Notes under the pieces: model-generated
What the model was told of the DNA's origin: nothing
What the model saw: the letters and a program-made list of their open reading frames with translations, nothing else
Databases searched by the model: none
Position numbers and translations under genes: made by a program
Virus record (IMG/VR): IMGVR_UViG_3300009285_001996
Direction: 5' to 3' (one strand)
DNA length: 64,000 nt
Source of the DNA: a virus
Part shown: one piece after another, positions 13,144 to 24,655 of the stretch
How the letters are laid out: every line of letters begins with the position of its first letter
Position numbering within the stretch: position 1 is the first letter of the stretch

Positions 13144-14406
13144 ATGATTATGGCAACTGTACTAGGAACCAAACGAGAGAGTTATGCAGGAGATTTCGTG
13201 TTGCAAAACCAAGAGGTGGCATCTAAACAAGGTTTTGGGCATGTGTCCAAAATCTGGTTTAATAAAACTATGTCGTTTGACGATGGATTATCCAAACTAA
13301 GTGAACAGCAGGGAGTTATTAAGGACGTAATGACGCCCCTATCTGAGTGGCGAACCTCCATTGTAGACGATAAGTTTTCACTGGAATATGTCGGGGATAA
13401 CAATGATGTGGAACAAACAAACTATCATCCGACAGAGCGGGCAATGTCCCAATTGGCGACTTACGGGGGAATGCGTGGCGGAACCTGTTGGGATTTAACC
13501 CAAGATAAACGAGACAATGACGATGAGGGTGGTGAAATTAAGGTCAAACGAGGTCGATGTGACGCCGAAGTACTGAAAATGTACTTTGATACTAACTTGT
13601 TTAACGCCGAACGTACCCCCCAAGATAAACCGCGATTTATTCGTACATGGAACAATAACCATTCTATTCGGGCTTTTTTGAGTGATAGGTATGGAGTTGT
13701 TAATAATGAGTGGTTTTTACAAGTTCTAAAAGAACTAATTCCAGGGGGTAGGCTATCGCATTGGAGGGGCGATGCGGACTCGATTTGGGGTAATGTTCTA
13801 ATTCCCGACACGATTAGGCAGGAGAAGGATAGCGATTATGGGGGGATGTTGTCGGTGTCTAATTCAGAAGTTGGAGAGCGCCGCATTTTCACCCAACCCA
13901 GCGTTTTTAGGGCTATTTGTATGAATGGGTGTATTTGGAATAGGGAGGATGGCAAATCTATCAATAAAAAACATTTGGGGGAGATTAATCTGGGCGAACT
14001 ACGATCTCAAATCGAGCATAACCTTACTACACAAATTCCCCTGCTAAATCAAGGCATAGAAAGAATGTTGGGGATTAGGGCATATGGCTGCGGAGACGTT
14101 CATGTTACTAGTGTAATCGCGGAAGTATGTCAATCTAACAAAATACCTAAGTCATTCGGCAAGGGTATTCTAACATCTTTTCTAGATGAGAGAAATGTAC
14201 TCGATAAAGACGCGGACTCCCTATTCGGTATTGTGGGCGCTATTACCAGGTTTGGTCAAACCCAAGAAAATAAGGTGTGGTATGATATGGATTGTTTAGG
14301 GGGCGAACTTACCAATTTAGATATTGATGGGTGGAGCCGAATTAAGAGTAGGGCAAAAGAACTACGAGAAAAGGACATTGAAAAGATTTTTGGGTTGGCT
14401 ATATAA
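13144..14406 (+). CDS. DUF932/DUF945-like phage protein
   Basis: RAFLSDRY, SNSEVG and FRAICMNG motifs. Confidence 0.65.
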   Translation: MIMATVLGTKRESYAGDFVLQNQEVASKQGFGHVSKIWFNKTMSFDDGLSKLSEQQGVIKDVMTPLSEWRTSIVDDKFSLEYVGDNNDVEQTNYHPTERAMSQLATYGGMRGGTCWDLTQDKRDNDDEGGEIKVKRGRCDAEVLKMYFDTNLFNAERTPQDKPRFIRTWNNNHSIRAFLSDRYGVVNNEWFLQVLKELIPGGRLSHWRGDADSIWGNVLIPDTIRQEKDSDYGGMLSVSNSEVGERRIFTQPSVFRAICMNGCIWNREDGKSINKKHLGEINLGELRSQIEHNLTTQIPLLNQGIERMLGIRAYGCGDVHVTSVIAEVCQSNKIPKSFGKGILTSFLDERNVLDKDADSLFGIVGAITRFGQTQENKVWYDMDCLGGELTNLDIDGWSRIKSRAKELREKDIEKIFGLAI

Positions 14407-14409
14407 CCT

Positions 14410-14622
14410 ATCCACCACCCTAACTACGGCAGTCAGCTAAGGGTGTAATGGGTTCGATCCCCAACCACATATAATAACCGTTATGTGTGAGTAAGCCATA
14501 GGTGGACATTATGCTCTCCAGCGGTTGGTGACAGTTCCGTATCCCCACTAAATTACAGAATGGGATAGACTTTCTGCTATAGCTAGCATAGTAGAAGGGG
14601 GACCACAGGAGAGTTCCTTTTT
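14410..14622 (+). ncRNA. candidate structured ncRNA ending in T run
   Basis: nested stems TCCACC/GGTGGA, CACCC/GGGTG, GGG-TTCGAT-CCC, CACATATAA/TTATGTGTG, CTCTCC/GGAGAG, TTCTGCTAT/ATAGTAGAA. Confidence 0.5.
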
Positions 14623-15788
14623 TATTATAAGGGTTTTACTATGACTTGTTCAAAATGCCTCCACATATTTCATACCCTAGAGGGGGAAGAACGCGACCAC
14701 GAATGTCCGAAGTGTGAGTATTATCCAGAAGGTTGGTCTAACGATGAAGGAGTTGAAAAATTAAAACTTTCACTCTATCATTTTCCCTGCTATTTCTCCC
14801 CTACTCTTGTTGTCCGCCATCACTAAGAGCAATATCGCTATGGCTTGTCCTACGTGCGATCACACGCTACAAAACATCAACGCTAAACCACCTATCTTTT
14901 GGTGCCCGAGATGCGGAACTATTAAAGATGGTGACAGTAGCGAAGAACCAACGATTGTAAAAAGAACATTATGGTTATGTGATATCGTATTAGAACAACA
15001 AATGATGATTGGGTATATACACCCAGAAAAATTAAGAATGGCTGAGATAGCTGTGCGGGAGTGTTGTGGGAACAATATGTAGGGTAGTAAATAAACCATC
15101 TATTTAAGTTGGAGGTTAATAAATGTTAGTTAGTTATACTGGTGAAAATGAAGTGATTATTTGTGAAGTGGAAAAAGAAGAGTCAACAGTAAAGGAATAT
15201 TTTACGAATGGTGGTCGTAACACCGAGGATTATGATAGAGAACTACATATTAACGTCGTTCAAATAACCGCAGAAATTAAAATTTGGGATTATGAATAAG
15301 GAGAACTAAAATGGTCGTAGGAACCTGTAGTAATTGTGGTGGTCAAGTTGAACGGGATATGGAGGGAAATTTACATTGTAGGAGATGTGGGGCAACTAAA
15401 TCAATTTTGCCAGTTATCCCAATGCCGCCACCACCTAAATATCCGTTTCCCAAAAACCCATACCCAATAGAAAGAATAAAGTATCATTGGTAATATGGAT
15501 GTATCTCATGAGCGAAATAGCTGATGATATGATTGGGGGTTTTAGTTGTAGTTGGTGCGGAATTTACTTTGAGGAATCACATGGGTATCCCGTAATTTGC
15601 AGGGGGTGTTATAGAGATTGGCAGAAGGAAAACAATAGTAAAGGAAAGAGGGAATTATTAAGAATGTGCGGCGTGCAACTGGCAAATGAAAAAGAGTTGT
15701 GTGAGGGAGAAAAATGGATATGGAAAGGGTGAGCGGATATTGAGGAGTTGTGGTAAAGGATAAAGTCAGCGGTTTCTACCCTGTCAGA

Positions 15789-16523
15789 TTATTTTTGAGT
15801 AATGGTATATTTCCTGGTTGACTTTCCCACATTCCTACCCTTAAACGTCGGTAATTGACTATCGCAGTTTGGACATACTAACTGGATATTTTCTATTGCC
15901 CAGTTATGAGCGTCACCATCTATATGGTCCACAATCAAAGTTATAGGTTTTCCCTGCCAGTTTTCTCCAGATTGACCACAAACCATGCAGTTGTTGCCAT
16001 GTTGACGAATTATATATTTCCTAACTATTGATGATGACCCAGTATACTCTCTATCGTAATAAAACCCATCTTTTTTAACTCTATTTTCCCACTCACTCCT
16101 TATCGTTTGTGTTAAATGAGTTTTAGCACATCTTTCAGAGCAAAAAAGTCTCATACTTTTGGTTTCTTGACCACAAAACAAACACTTGCCAGCTTCGCCA
16201 TTATATTGAGATAACTTTTGATAATACAATTCGGCTTTCTTATTCTGTTTTTGAATTCTCTCTTTATTTTTCTCATTATAACAATCTGGGCAATATCTCT
16301 TATGACGAATAGCGTCGTTGTCACAATTGATGCATTTTCTCTTGTATTTTCTACTAATTGATTTCCTGCCAATTTTATCGTAATATTTAATTAGTGTCTG
16401 AGATGTCTTTTGATGGATATTACTACGTTCTTCTTGATAGCATTTATCACAATATTTTCTCTGTTTAGGGACTGGACAACCACACTTATTACATCGACCC
16501 TCTGGTTTTCTTTTTGGGTGCAA
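15789..16523 (-). CDS. HNH homing endonuclease with N-terminal Zn fingers
   Basis: VDHIDGDAHNWAIENIQLVCPNCDSQ HNH motif; lies opposite to the + strand genes, next to the tRNA; frame extends upstream through FCSRSCSAKHNN. Confidence 0.85.
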   Translation of the reverse strand: MHPKRKPEGRCNKCGCPVPKQRKYCDKCYQEERSNIHQKTSQTLIKYYDKIGRKSISRKYKRKCINCDNDAIRHKRYCPDCYNEKNKERIQKQNKKAELYYQKLSQYNGEAGKCLFCGQETKSMRLFCSERCAKTHLTQTIRSEWENRVKKDGFYYDREYTGSSSIVRKYIIRQHGNNCMVCGQSGENWQGKPITLIVDHIDGDAHNWAIENIQLVCPNCDSQLPTFKGRNVGKSTRKYTITQK

Positions 16524-16682
16524 CGTATTGTTATGTTTAGCGGAGCAAGACCTAGAACAAAATTTCGGGTGTACTCCTAAATAAGGTTGTATTGCCCCCT
16601 ATTTAAGAATACACCACCCGTATTAAGAATCTCTTAAAAATCGAACTAAAAGTGACCGTTTGACGATTAAGGATTATTTTTG

Positions 16683-16755
16683 CCGACATTAGTTTAATGG
16701 TTAAAAACAACGTACTTATAATACGTAGAAGATGGTTCGATTCCATCATGTCGGA
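16683..16755 (+). tRNA. tRNA-Ile (anticodon UAU)
   Basis: acceptor CCGACAT/ATGTCGG, D arm GTTT..AAAC, anticodon arm ACGTA-CTTATAA-TACGT, T arm GATGG-TTCGATT-CCATC; CCA not encoded. Confidence 0.85.
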
Positions 16756-17473
16756 TTTACAAGCAGGGATACGGTTCATTTTGTCTTACCCAACACCAGT
16801 ATTATAGTCTTATGAGAACAGTTAGCCAAATAATGAGAAAGCAACAAACCACATGCACTATGAACTGACCCAAGAAGTGAAAGAGCGGCTAGAATGCTTG
16901 AACCAGGAGGTCCGAACCTTGAAGATCAGAAAGTATGAAATTAAAAAGCAACTAGCTGCCACAAAGCAAGAGTTTGAAGCACTTATTGTTCTGTATACGC
17001 CCAAAGGCGGTTCAATAATTAGATTTTACGGACCAGATAACGCACTGCACGTTGACCCTCCTTGTCAAATGGATATGTAGAAATAACTGCCCTCATTTAG
17101 GTAGCTAGCATGAAAACTATTTTGTCTTTCCTATGGTTTATCTTCTGCATATGTATGTTTTGCTTACGCAAAGGAAATTCGTCATGGTTAGCTGACGAAT
17201 AGTTGTCCCACTCAATTCCAGTAATCTCGATCTTATGGGAGTAGTCACCGATTAACACGCCTACACACTGATCCTGAATTTAATAGGGGATTTCTACATG
17301 GATTGTCCACGTTGTTCTCAGAAGATGATGGCTATAGAGTACGCCTACAATCACCCAGAGCACTACGATGGCATTAGTGAATGGGCATGTGAGAGTTGTG
17401 GGGTGCGTATTGGTCGGTGGAGTGGAAAGGTTTTGAAAGATGGCGAAATAGAAAAAAGATTTGGAGGTGTATT

Positions 17474-18823
17474 GTGTTATCCTTAATTATGTGGTCCATC
17501 GCTTTAATAGCTTGTATTGTACTTATACAGGTTGTGATTAAAATTAGCAGGAAAGTATATATAAGGGGGTATAGTTCATTGGATGAAGCGGCTGAGTTCT
17601 TTGGGACTGTGAAATCGGAAATTCCCGATGAAAGGTTACGCCACCGCATTTACGAGAGCGCTAGAACTGGCTTGTATAAGGATGTGTTAAAGCGGGGAGT
17701 GACCCTTATTGAGTTATTAGTTGTAATCACCATTATGACTATTCTTTCTGCTATACTCATACCTAGACTTCCACTCTGGAATGAGAACAGGGCTATTAGG
17801 GAAGCCGCTCGTGCCACCCATGTTTTCCTATATCACGCTCGCACTAGGGCTATAGAGAGTGGGCGACCATGTGGGGTGTTATTGGAGTCGGCAAGCGGAC
17901 GCCCCAATACTTGCGTAACTCTCAGGCATGTCGAGCAACCGCCACTCTACAGCGGCGATCTCACCACATCTTATACTCGATTTCGGTGGGTATCCGTGCC
18001 CCTACCTAGTGGTCAGCCCGGACCCCTCCTTCTTAGGTGTCAACTTAGTCAAGGGGGGTTCTCCCCCAACCTAGTTCGTCGTGGCGACCTAATTAAGATT
18101 AACTATCAAGGGCAATTCTACCGCATTATAGATGATATTACTAACAATAATGATTACCCAATTAATAATTCCTATATTGATTTCACGCAAGAAGTTAGTA
18201 CCAAAGTCGAGTGGTATCCACAGACCCCAAAACGTGACCCAATTACCCAAAATATAATTTTAGACATAAATGGTGACTGGGTAATGGAAACTGGCAGTGG
18301 AACGCCCGTAATTTGGGTAACGGAACCTTGGCTAACATTAGAACCGCTCACCAATCCAATTACACCATTTCCGACGTTATTACACTGGAGTTTGGAGTTC
18401 GCTCCCATCTCTATTACACTAACCCCACATCCAGTCAATCGCATGTTAGGTGGAACTTCTCTACAATTACCACGTTTGACGTGCGTAGACCTACAATTCT
18501 CGGGAGTTGGCGATTCTAACCAGTGTGCCAATGTCTCATCTATTATTATGTTTAACACAAGTGGGGATTTTTCCACTCTATATTACGGCTCACAAAGGGC
18601 TACTATCACCGCCCCCATCTCCCTGCTAATTGGTAAAACTAAAAGGGTAGATTTATCACTATTACCAGATGATAACTTGAATAACTGGAGAGACTTAACC
18701 AATTTATGGGTTACGGTAAATAGGCAGGGAAGTGTAGGGGGGGGTGAAGTAGCGGTCGGGAACTCATTTGATGAGAGTAGACGATTAGCTAGAGAAAGTC
18801 AAATTGCTAGCGGCGGACGCTAA
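17474..18823 (+). CDS. prepilin-type N-terminal cleavage/methylation domain protein (Planctomycete type)
   Basis: KRG|VTLIELLVVITIMTILSAILIP motif at ~17690; IREAAR...ARTRAIESGRPCGV; start chosen from GGAGGT RBS, alternative GTG at 17684. Confidence 0.8.
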   Translation: MLSLIMWSIALIACIVLIQVVIKISRKVYIRGYSSLDEAAEFFGTVKSEIPDERLRHRIYESARTGLYKDVLKRGVTLIELLVVITIMTILSAILIPRLPLWNENRAIREAARATHVFLYHARTRAIESGRPCGVLLESASGRPNTCVTLRHVEQPPLYSGDLTTSYTRFRWVSVPLPSGQPGPLLLRCQLSQGGFSPNLVRRGDLIKINYQGQFYRIIDDITNNNDYPINNSYIDFTQEVSTKVEWYPQTPKRDPITQNIILDINGDWVMETGSGTPVIWVTEPWLTLEPLTNPITPFPTLLHWSLEFAPISITLTPHPVNRMLGGTSLQLPRLTCVDLQFSGVGDSNQCANVSSIIMFNTSGDFSTLYYGSQRATITAPISLLIGKTKRVDLSLLPDDNLNNWRDLTNLWVTVNRQGSVGGGEVAVGNSFDESRRLARESQIASGGR

Positions 18824-20127
18824 TATGAAAAGTGCTGTAAAATTCAATTGGACGTGTTCCCATTGTGGTAAGCGAAATCTCACTAAGATTAAATTTCAGT
18901 TTGATATACCTAAACAGTATTATGCGGAGTGGAAATGTGGTAAGTGTGGTAAAAATACTATGATCTCGTTCAGTTTTGATATAAGTCCAGTTTACAAAAC
19001 GGAGGTTTGATTGTGAAAATTAACGCTAAATTTACATTGTCGGTTCCATCTGAGGAAGATAAACCAGTAAGATTACGAATTGAGGATGATGATGCTCGTG
19101 TTACATTTATAGAACTATCCATTGAACCAAAAGTGTTCGTACAGGCATTGGGTAGTTTAGGTAGCTGCCCTTGTGATTGCGAAGTTAGAGGGTTAAACAA
19201 ATTGGGATTGAAACATGAATGTAAATCATTCCAATTTCAGATGCCAGACAAAGATATGGAATATAGACAACGGGAAAAAGTAGCATATAGATTGGCTAAC
19301 AAATTGTGCCCCGAAGGATGGGAACCAGATAATTATTTTGGTTCACAAGGCTCATTCTTTTATCAAGATGGCGAGTTATGGGCTAAAGTTATCATTAGAA
19401 GATGGGTGCCGCAAAATGCTAAAACCTAAAATTACGAGGTGTGAATATGATAATTAGATCACATGGTAAAGACGATGGTGGTTATTTCAAAATCCAGCGA
19501 TGAAAACTTTAAAGGTAAAGGTACGCCAAAGTGTTATCACAGATAGAACTAAGAGGAATGCTTGAGAGTGGAGACCTAGTTCAATGCCACGCTTGTTTAG
19601 GTAACGGTAAAACAACATATCACTTTGACTGTGATAATAAATGTCCAGAGTGCGGAGCGGGATTATATTGGCAATGTGCTCCAGAATATATTCCCACCAC
19701 AAAAGATATCCAAATGGCGTATAATCAAGAGGCTATAAGATTATCGCTACGGGTATCTGAAATAGCTGATAGTGAAACAATGAAGAGTATTGGTGTACAA
19801 TTAATACTCCAAGCGTAGGAGGTTGTATATGGCTAATTGGCACAAAGTATTGGATGTTAAGGATATTTGGGATAAAACCGATAACATGGAGTACGATGAG
19901 AAAAGTGGATATTTAGCCGATGAGGGCGGACCATTAGTGACAGCTAGACTACGCAAACTTTATAAGGTTGAAAATAATCACCAACTACCATATCCGCTCA
20001 ACGAGATTACTGAAAGTTTTGAGTTTTGTTGTGATATAGAAGATTTCGACAATGCCTTGCATGACCTATACGATTGGGGTGATGAAGGACATAGATTGTG
20101 GATTAAGACTTTTTAGTTTATCCAATA

Positions 20128-20487
20128 ATGTCGTCCATAGATCGTTACTTTCGTCTTGCGAGGCAAACCGCTCTTAAAGGTGACACCAAAGAGGCATCAC
20201 GTCAATATAGGCTAGGAGCCGTGGGGGTCCGTAGAGACGGTACGGTCGTGGTATCCCCAAATATTCCCCATCGTACTCCCGAGATTGCAGCCCACGCAGA
20301 ATCCCGTCTTTGCCGCAAACTGGACTGGAGATCAACCGTTTATGTGGTTAGAATATTGGGGAACGGTCTAATGGGACTAGCCCGACCTTGCCCTAAGTGT
20401 CAGTCACTTATGAGGTTGCGTGGCGTAAGTCGTTGTTATTATTCGATTAGTGAAAGTGAATGGGGCGTTCTAGAATTGGTTGGCTAA
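20128..20487 (+). CDS. cytidine/dCMP deaminase-superfamily protein
   Basis: HAE ... PCPKC zinc motif. Confidence 0.75.
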   Translation: MSSIDRYFRLARQTALKGDTKEASRQYRLGAVGVRRDGTVVVSPNIPHRTPEIAAHAESRLCRKLDWRSTVYVVRILGNGLMGLARPCPKCQSLMRLRGVSRCYYSISESEWGVLELVG

Positions 20488-21153
20488 CACTTACAACTAA
20501 ATAAGAGATCAAAAATGATGGAGATTTGGGTACGGAAACCTACGCTAACATATCCATCAACACAAACGATGAAATTGGTGACGACGAGTTTGTAGCCAAG
20601 ACCTATAGCGAGAACGCTGGTTTAATTGAGCCATTGATCGACCAGGGATTATTTGAGGATACAGGCAGGGAAGTTAGGGTTGGATTAGCGGGGCAGTGTC
20701 CAATTCTTAGATTGACGCAACTAGCTAGAAAACATAGTGTGGGAAATACGAACTAAAAGGAGTATGTTATGCAAATAATACCATCATATGATATAATTTC
20801 ATTTTTTCAATACACAATACCACCTTGTTTAGTCGGGTTTATTCACTTTTGTATTGGAATTTATTTATTTATCAAAACCAAAAACGTTTGGGTTATCTTA
20901 GCCCCAAGTATCGTCGCAATTTTACTTTCAACAATCGGATTAATATTTCCGTTTTATAGTATTGTAATTGTTGATTATGTATTAACAGTATTTATCAATA
21001 CGGTTTCTATTAGTATAATATCTTCGCCATTGATTCTATCCCTTCTCTCTCTATATACTTTTTTCTCTTGCCATAGTAGTAGTGTCCAAGCCGTCACTTT
21101 TCAACCAGTAATCCAAAAATTTTTCCAAAAAAAAGAAAATTCTTAAACCACCA

Positions 21154-21182
21154 TTGACCGCCGCCCCGCCATCCGATATAAT
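21154..21182 (+). promoter_or_regulatory. sigma70-type promoter
   Basis: TTGACC-17 bp-TATAAT. Confidence 0.65.
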
Positions 21183-21630
21183 CCATAAAGTGTGTAGAAC
21201 CTTTTCAGGAGATTGAGAATGTGCCTAAATATTGACTCTAAAAAGACCGACGCCGTAAAATTAAAGTTATCCAAGGATGGTTTTATTATTGGGTATAAGA
21301 TATTGTCATTTTACAACAATGTTTTATCCAGCACTATATTTAATATAAAACCGTGGAAGAATGGATGGAACTTATCATCTAGGAGGGGGGGAACTAAGTT
21401 GATAAAACGAGAAAAAATGTGTCAAGAAATATATCGCGGTATTCATGTTTTTTTAAACCGTCCACCAAAATCATTTATTGGAATTGGTGATTATGTGATT
21501 GTGCGAGTGAAATGTTATCCAAAACATTTTGTTGCGGCGGGTGGTATTTATAGTAAACTACCTGGGGGTGTTTTTACTAAGGTGTTCTTAGATGAAAAAG
21601 ACTACAGAAAGGCTATCGGTGGTTAATTAT

Positions 21631-21960
21631 ATGCAAACCTTCCTGCCCTATCCAGATTTTGTTAAGTCGGTCGAGTGTTTGGATTATCGCCGATTGGGAA
21701 AACAGAGAATTGAGGCTAGGCAAATCCATAACGCTATTCAACCTAACAGTAACAGTAGATGGCGGCACCACCCTATCGTTAAAATGTGGCGAGATCACAC
21801 AAACGCTCTATCGTACTATATTAATTGCGAGATTAAGGAGTGGGTTAGAAGAGGGTACAAAAATAACATGGAATTATTAAAGGTGGTATTTCCCATAGTT
21901 TATCCTCAATGGTTTGTGGAACCAGATAATTTGCCATATGTGTGGTTTACTCAATACTAA
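21631..21960 (+). CDS. MSMEG_6728-family / pyrimidine-dimer DNA glycosylase-like protein
   Basis: MQTFLPYPDF..S...LDYRRLGKQRIEA.QI and HPIVKMW motifs. Confidence 0.8.
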   Translation: MQTFLPYPDFVKSVECLDYRRLGKQRIEARQIHNAIQPNSNSRWRHHPIVKMWRDHTNALSYYINCEIKEWVRRGYKNNMELLKVVFPIVYPQWFVEPDNLPYVWFTQY

Positions 21961-24655
21961 GGAGTGTTATTGTGATTGACCTACAAAACTACAAAACCTA
22001 CATTGAACAAAGCGAAAGTATTATAGCGGGGGAAACCACATTGGAAGATGTTTTGACCGATGAGGGGTATGCTTGGTCTCGCTATTTATGCGAGGCTTCT
22101 CGTTTATGTAATTTTGGGATTAGTGGTTCAGCCTTTAGGGACTGGATGGCTGGATTATTCAGAAGCGGTGTTTTACTCTATTGCCATAATTACCACAACG
22201 GAATTAAGTTCTGCGAAGACCCTACAGCAAAGTTACGCCCTGGGATTCAAAAATCTTGCACAAATGGAAATCCACAGCCGACACCCACTAACGGTAGATT
22301 GTTACATATCAATAGTGCTCCTGTCCATCTTCAAGAAAAAATGCGGAAAATAGCACAGGAAATACTAAGAGATGCGGCTTGTATAGTATTAGATAAGGCT
22401 TCATTGGTAAAAATGGAAGCTGAAGAAAATACAAGAAAAGCCAAAGAACGGGAAGACGCAATGTTGTCAGCTTGGGAAAAATACGAGGTATAATGGAGGA
22501 TTGTGATGAACGGTTGAATTATAGGTATTAAGATTAATAATCCAGAGTTGGTTTCTTAACACAGGAGTTTTGCAATTCTTGGTGCTGAGAATGCCGAAAA
22601 GTTAGTCACACTAATAGAGAATCAGGCTCCACTACTTTATGACGGAATGTTAAGGTGGGGGTTTATGTCTAGGGTAAAAGTAACTTGTGTTCCAAGATTG
22701 TATATTTTAGAGAAAGTTTCTCAGATGTTTTAATGTATCACGGAGTATGTGTTATGTCTATTAAAATTTCTAATGTAAAAATAACAAAAGAATGTATGGA
22801 GAGAATTAATGTGCTACAAGAGCATATTATGGCTGTAGAAAATGCAGCTAGATATATTAGTAGTGCTACTTATAGAGAGCGAGTTATAAACAGTAATTTA
22901 CGAGAATTATTAATTGAAGAAGAACTAGAAGAATGGCGAAATTTATGTATGTGGGGATTGACTGTCGATGATAAAACCAGAGATAGAATTAAGGTGGCGG
23001 CACGTCAAAGATTTTTAAGAGACGATATAAGTGTAGCTCATTGGTTGAATAATGGGGTTATGCCTGGGCATTGGTTAGTCGCTGATGAGGATGAATTTAA
23101 GGAGATGGCAAAGAAAGCGTTTGGCGGTGAAAATGTTTAATAAGATATTCCTATACTTTCTAAAAAGGTTCATTCGTACTAGAGATGGGCGTATTACAGT
23201 ATATAGGCTTTTAATCGGCAATATAGACAATCCTAATAGTATGGTAAAAATAGCAGAGGAGTTATATGAGAGTATGAGGGGGAAAGGGGTGGGTGTGAAC
23301 TGGTTGGTTAATGTGTTGTGTTTATCACTTAAACAACTTTTAGCGAGAGAGGAATAAAACCAACTTTTGTGATTAAAGAATCGTATTATGGTACTACAAG
23401 TGATCCAAAGATTACACTTATTCCTGGATTATCTATTGATTGGATACACTAAAGATTTGCCTATTACTATTATTTAGTGGAGTATTGTATGGTTTAATTT
23501 ATACCTTATTATCGCGGAGTTTATCATGCCCAAATACTATGTTACGGTGTCACCAAATGAAAAAGTTATAATTGCAGACGATCATAGAACAGCATTAAAA
23601 ATGTGTATAAGTAGATTGATAGAATTAGCCGAGACCGACTTTGTGGAGGTCGCTACTCTAGCGAGTGTTGGCGAACAAGGTTTTGGTTTTCACGAAAACG
23701 ACCTACTTTTTTTGACGGAACCGATTTTGGATGAGTTGGGCGTGAAACATAACTTGAAAGGTATGGAAAAGCTGGAAGCGTTGGATAACTATTACAAAAG
23801 GTTGGGCGGCGATTGTCCTGATTTTGGGGTTGACCAAGACAGGGGGGTTGCATAAAATGTACGGGGCGACTTCAACGCTTGAGGTCAGATATGGGGAAGT
23901 TGAAACCCACCAGTATAGAAATCTACTTTAATTATCATTGCCCTAAATGCGAAGTCGAACATAGTGTGCCAGTAAAGGAAGTAAGAGAGATTGGAAAGCG
24001 GTTGTGTTGGTGCGGATACATATTAGATTTTGCCCCCATGACTAGTGTAGATGTCTCACCCAATTTCGGTAGCCTTGGTTTTGAGACTTTCACGGTTAAA
24101 ATTGGGGGCGTTAAAAGTGTGGGCGGGAGAGTTAGTAGTGGAAATAATAGGGTTTTGAAGTACGAGTTAAAGAAGTTGGGCATTAAGGGGGATGAAGCTG
24201 GTATTATTATTGATAAGTTAATGAATGACGGAATTGATATGTGTAATGTGGATGAGTGTATTAAATATGTGGTAACTAGGTGTTTATGATGAAAGACATT
24301 TTCCGCCCTCATAGTAATCCAACTAGACTAATTTATGACGCTTTTCAAGCCGAGGCTGAAAAAAGAGGTAGCAAAAATACTGATGATTGGATTATAGCAG
24401 AAAGATTAGTTGTGTGGCAGACAGCTAAAGATTATGCTCAACAAAAAGGTTTAAGAGTTCCAACATTAGAAGAATTGGAGTTGTTTATGAATACCAACTG
24501 GAATGTCGTGGATGAACAAACAAACACAACATGATGATGGTTATATAATTAATATAGAGGGAAAAGACGGAACAAAGTGTGTTTGTGGAGATTATAATTT
24601 ACCCTGGGCAATATGTAGTGCTATAAGGTCGGTTTCATTACCACGAGGATAATAT

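Noticed and set aside
15733-15788. Possible tRNA-Arg(UCU) fragment (GGATAAAGTCAGCGGTTTCTACCCTG) at the HNH 3' end
   Set aside because: The anticodon stem pairs poorly, and I found no T arm or acceptor stem.
16756-16830. tRNA-associated HDV-like (theta) ribozyme after tRNA-Ile
   Set aside because: I could not build the nested double pseudoknot.
23474-23493. ttagt ggagt attgt atggt, four in-register pentamers
   Set aside because: Too short, with no hairpin and no convincing adjacent match.
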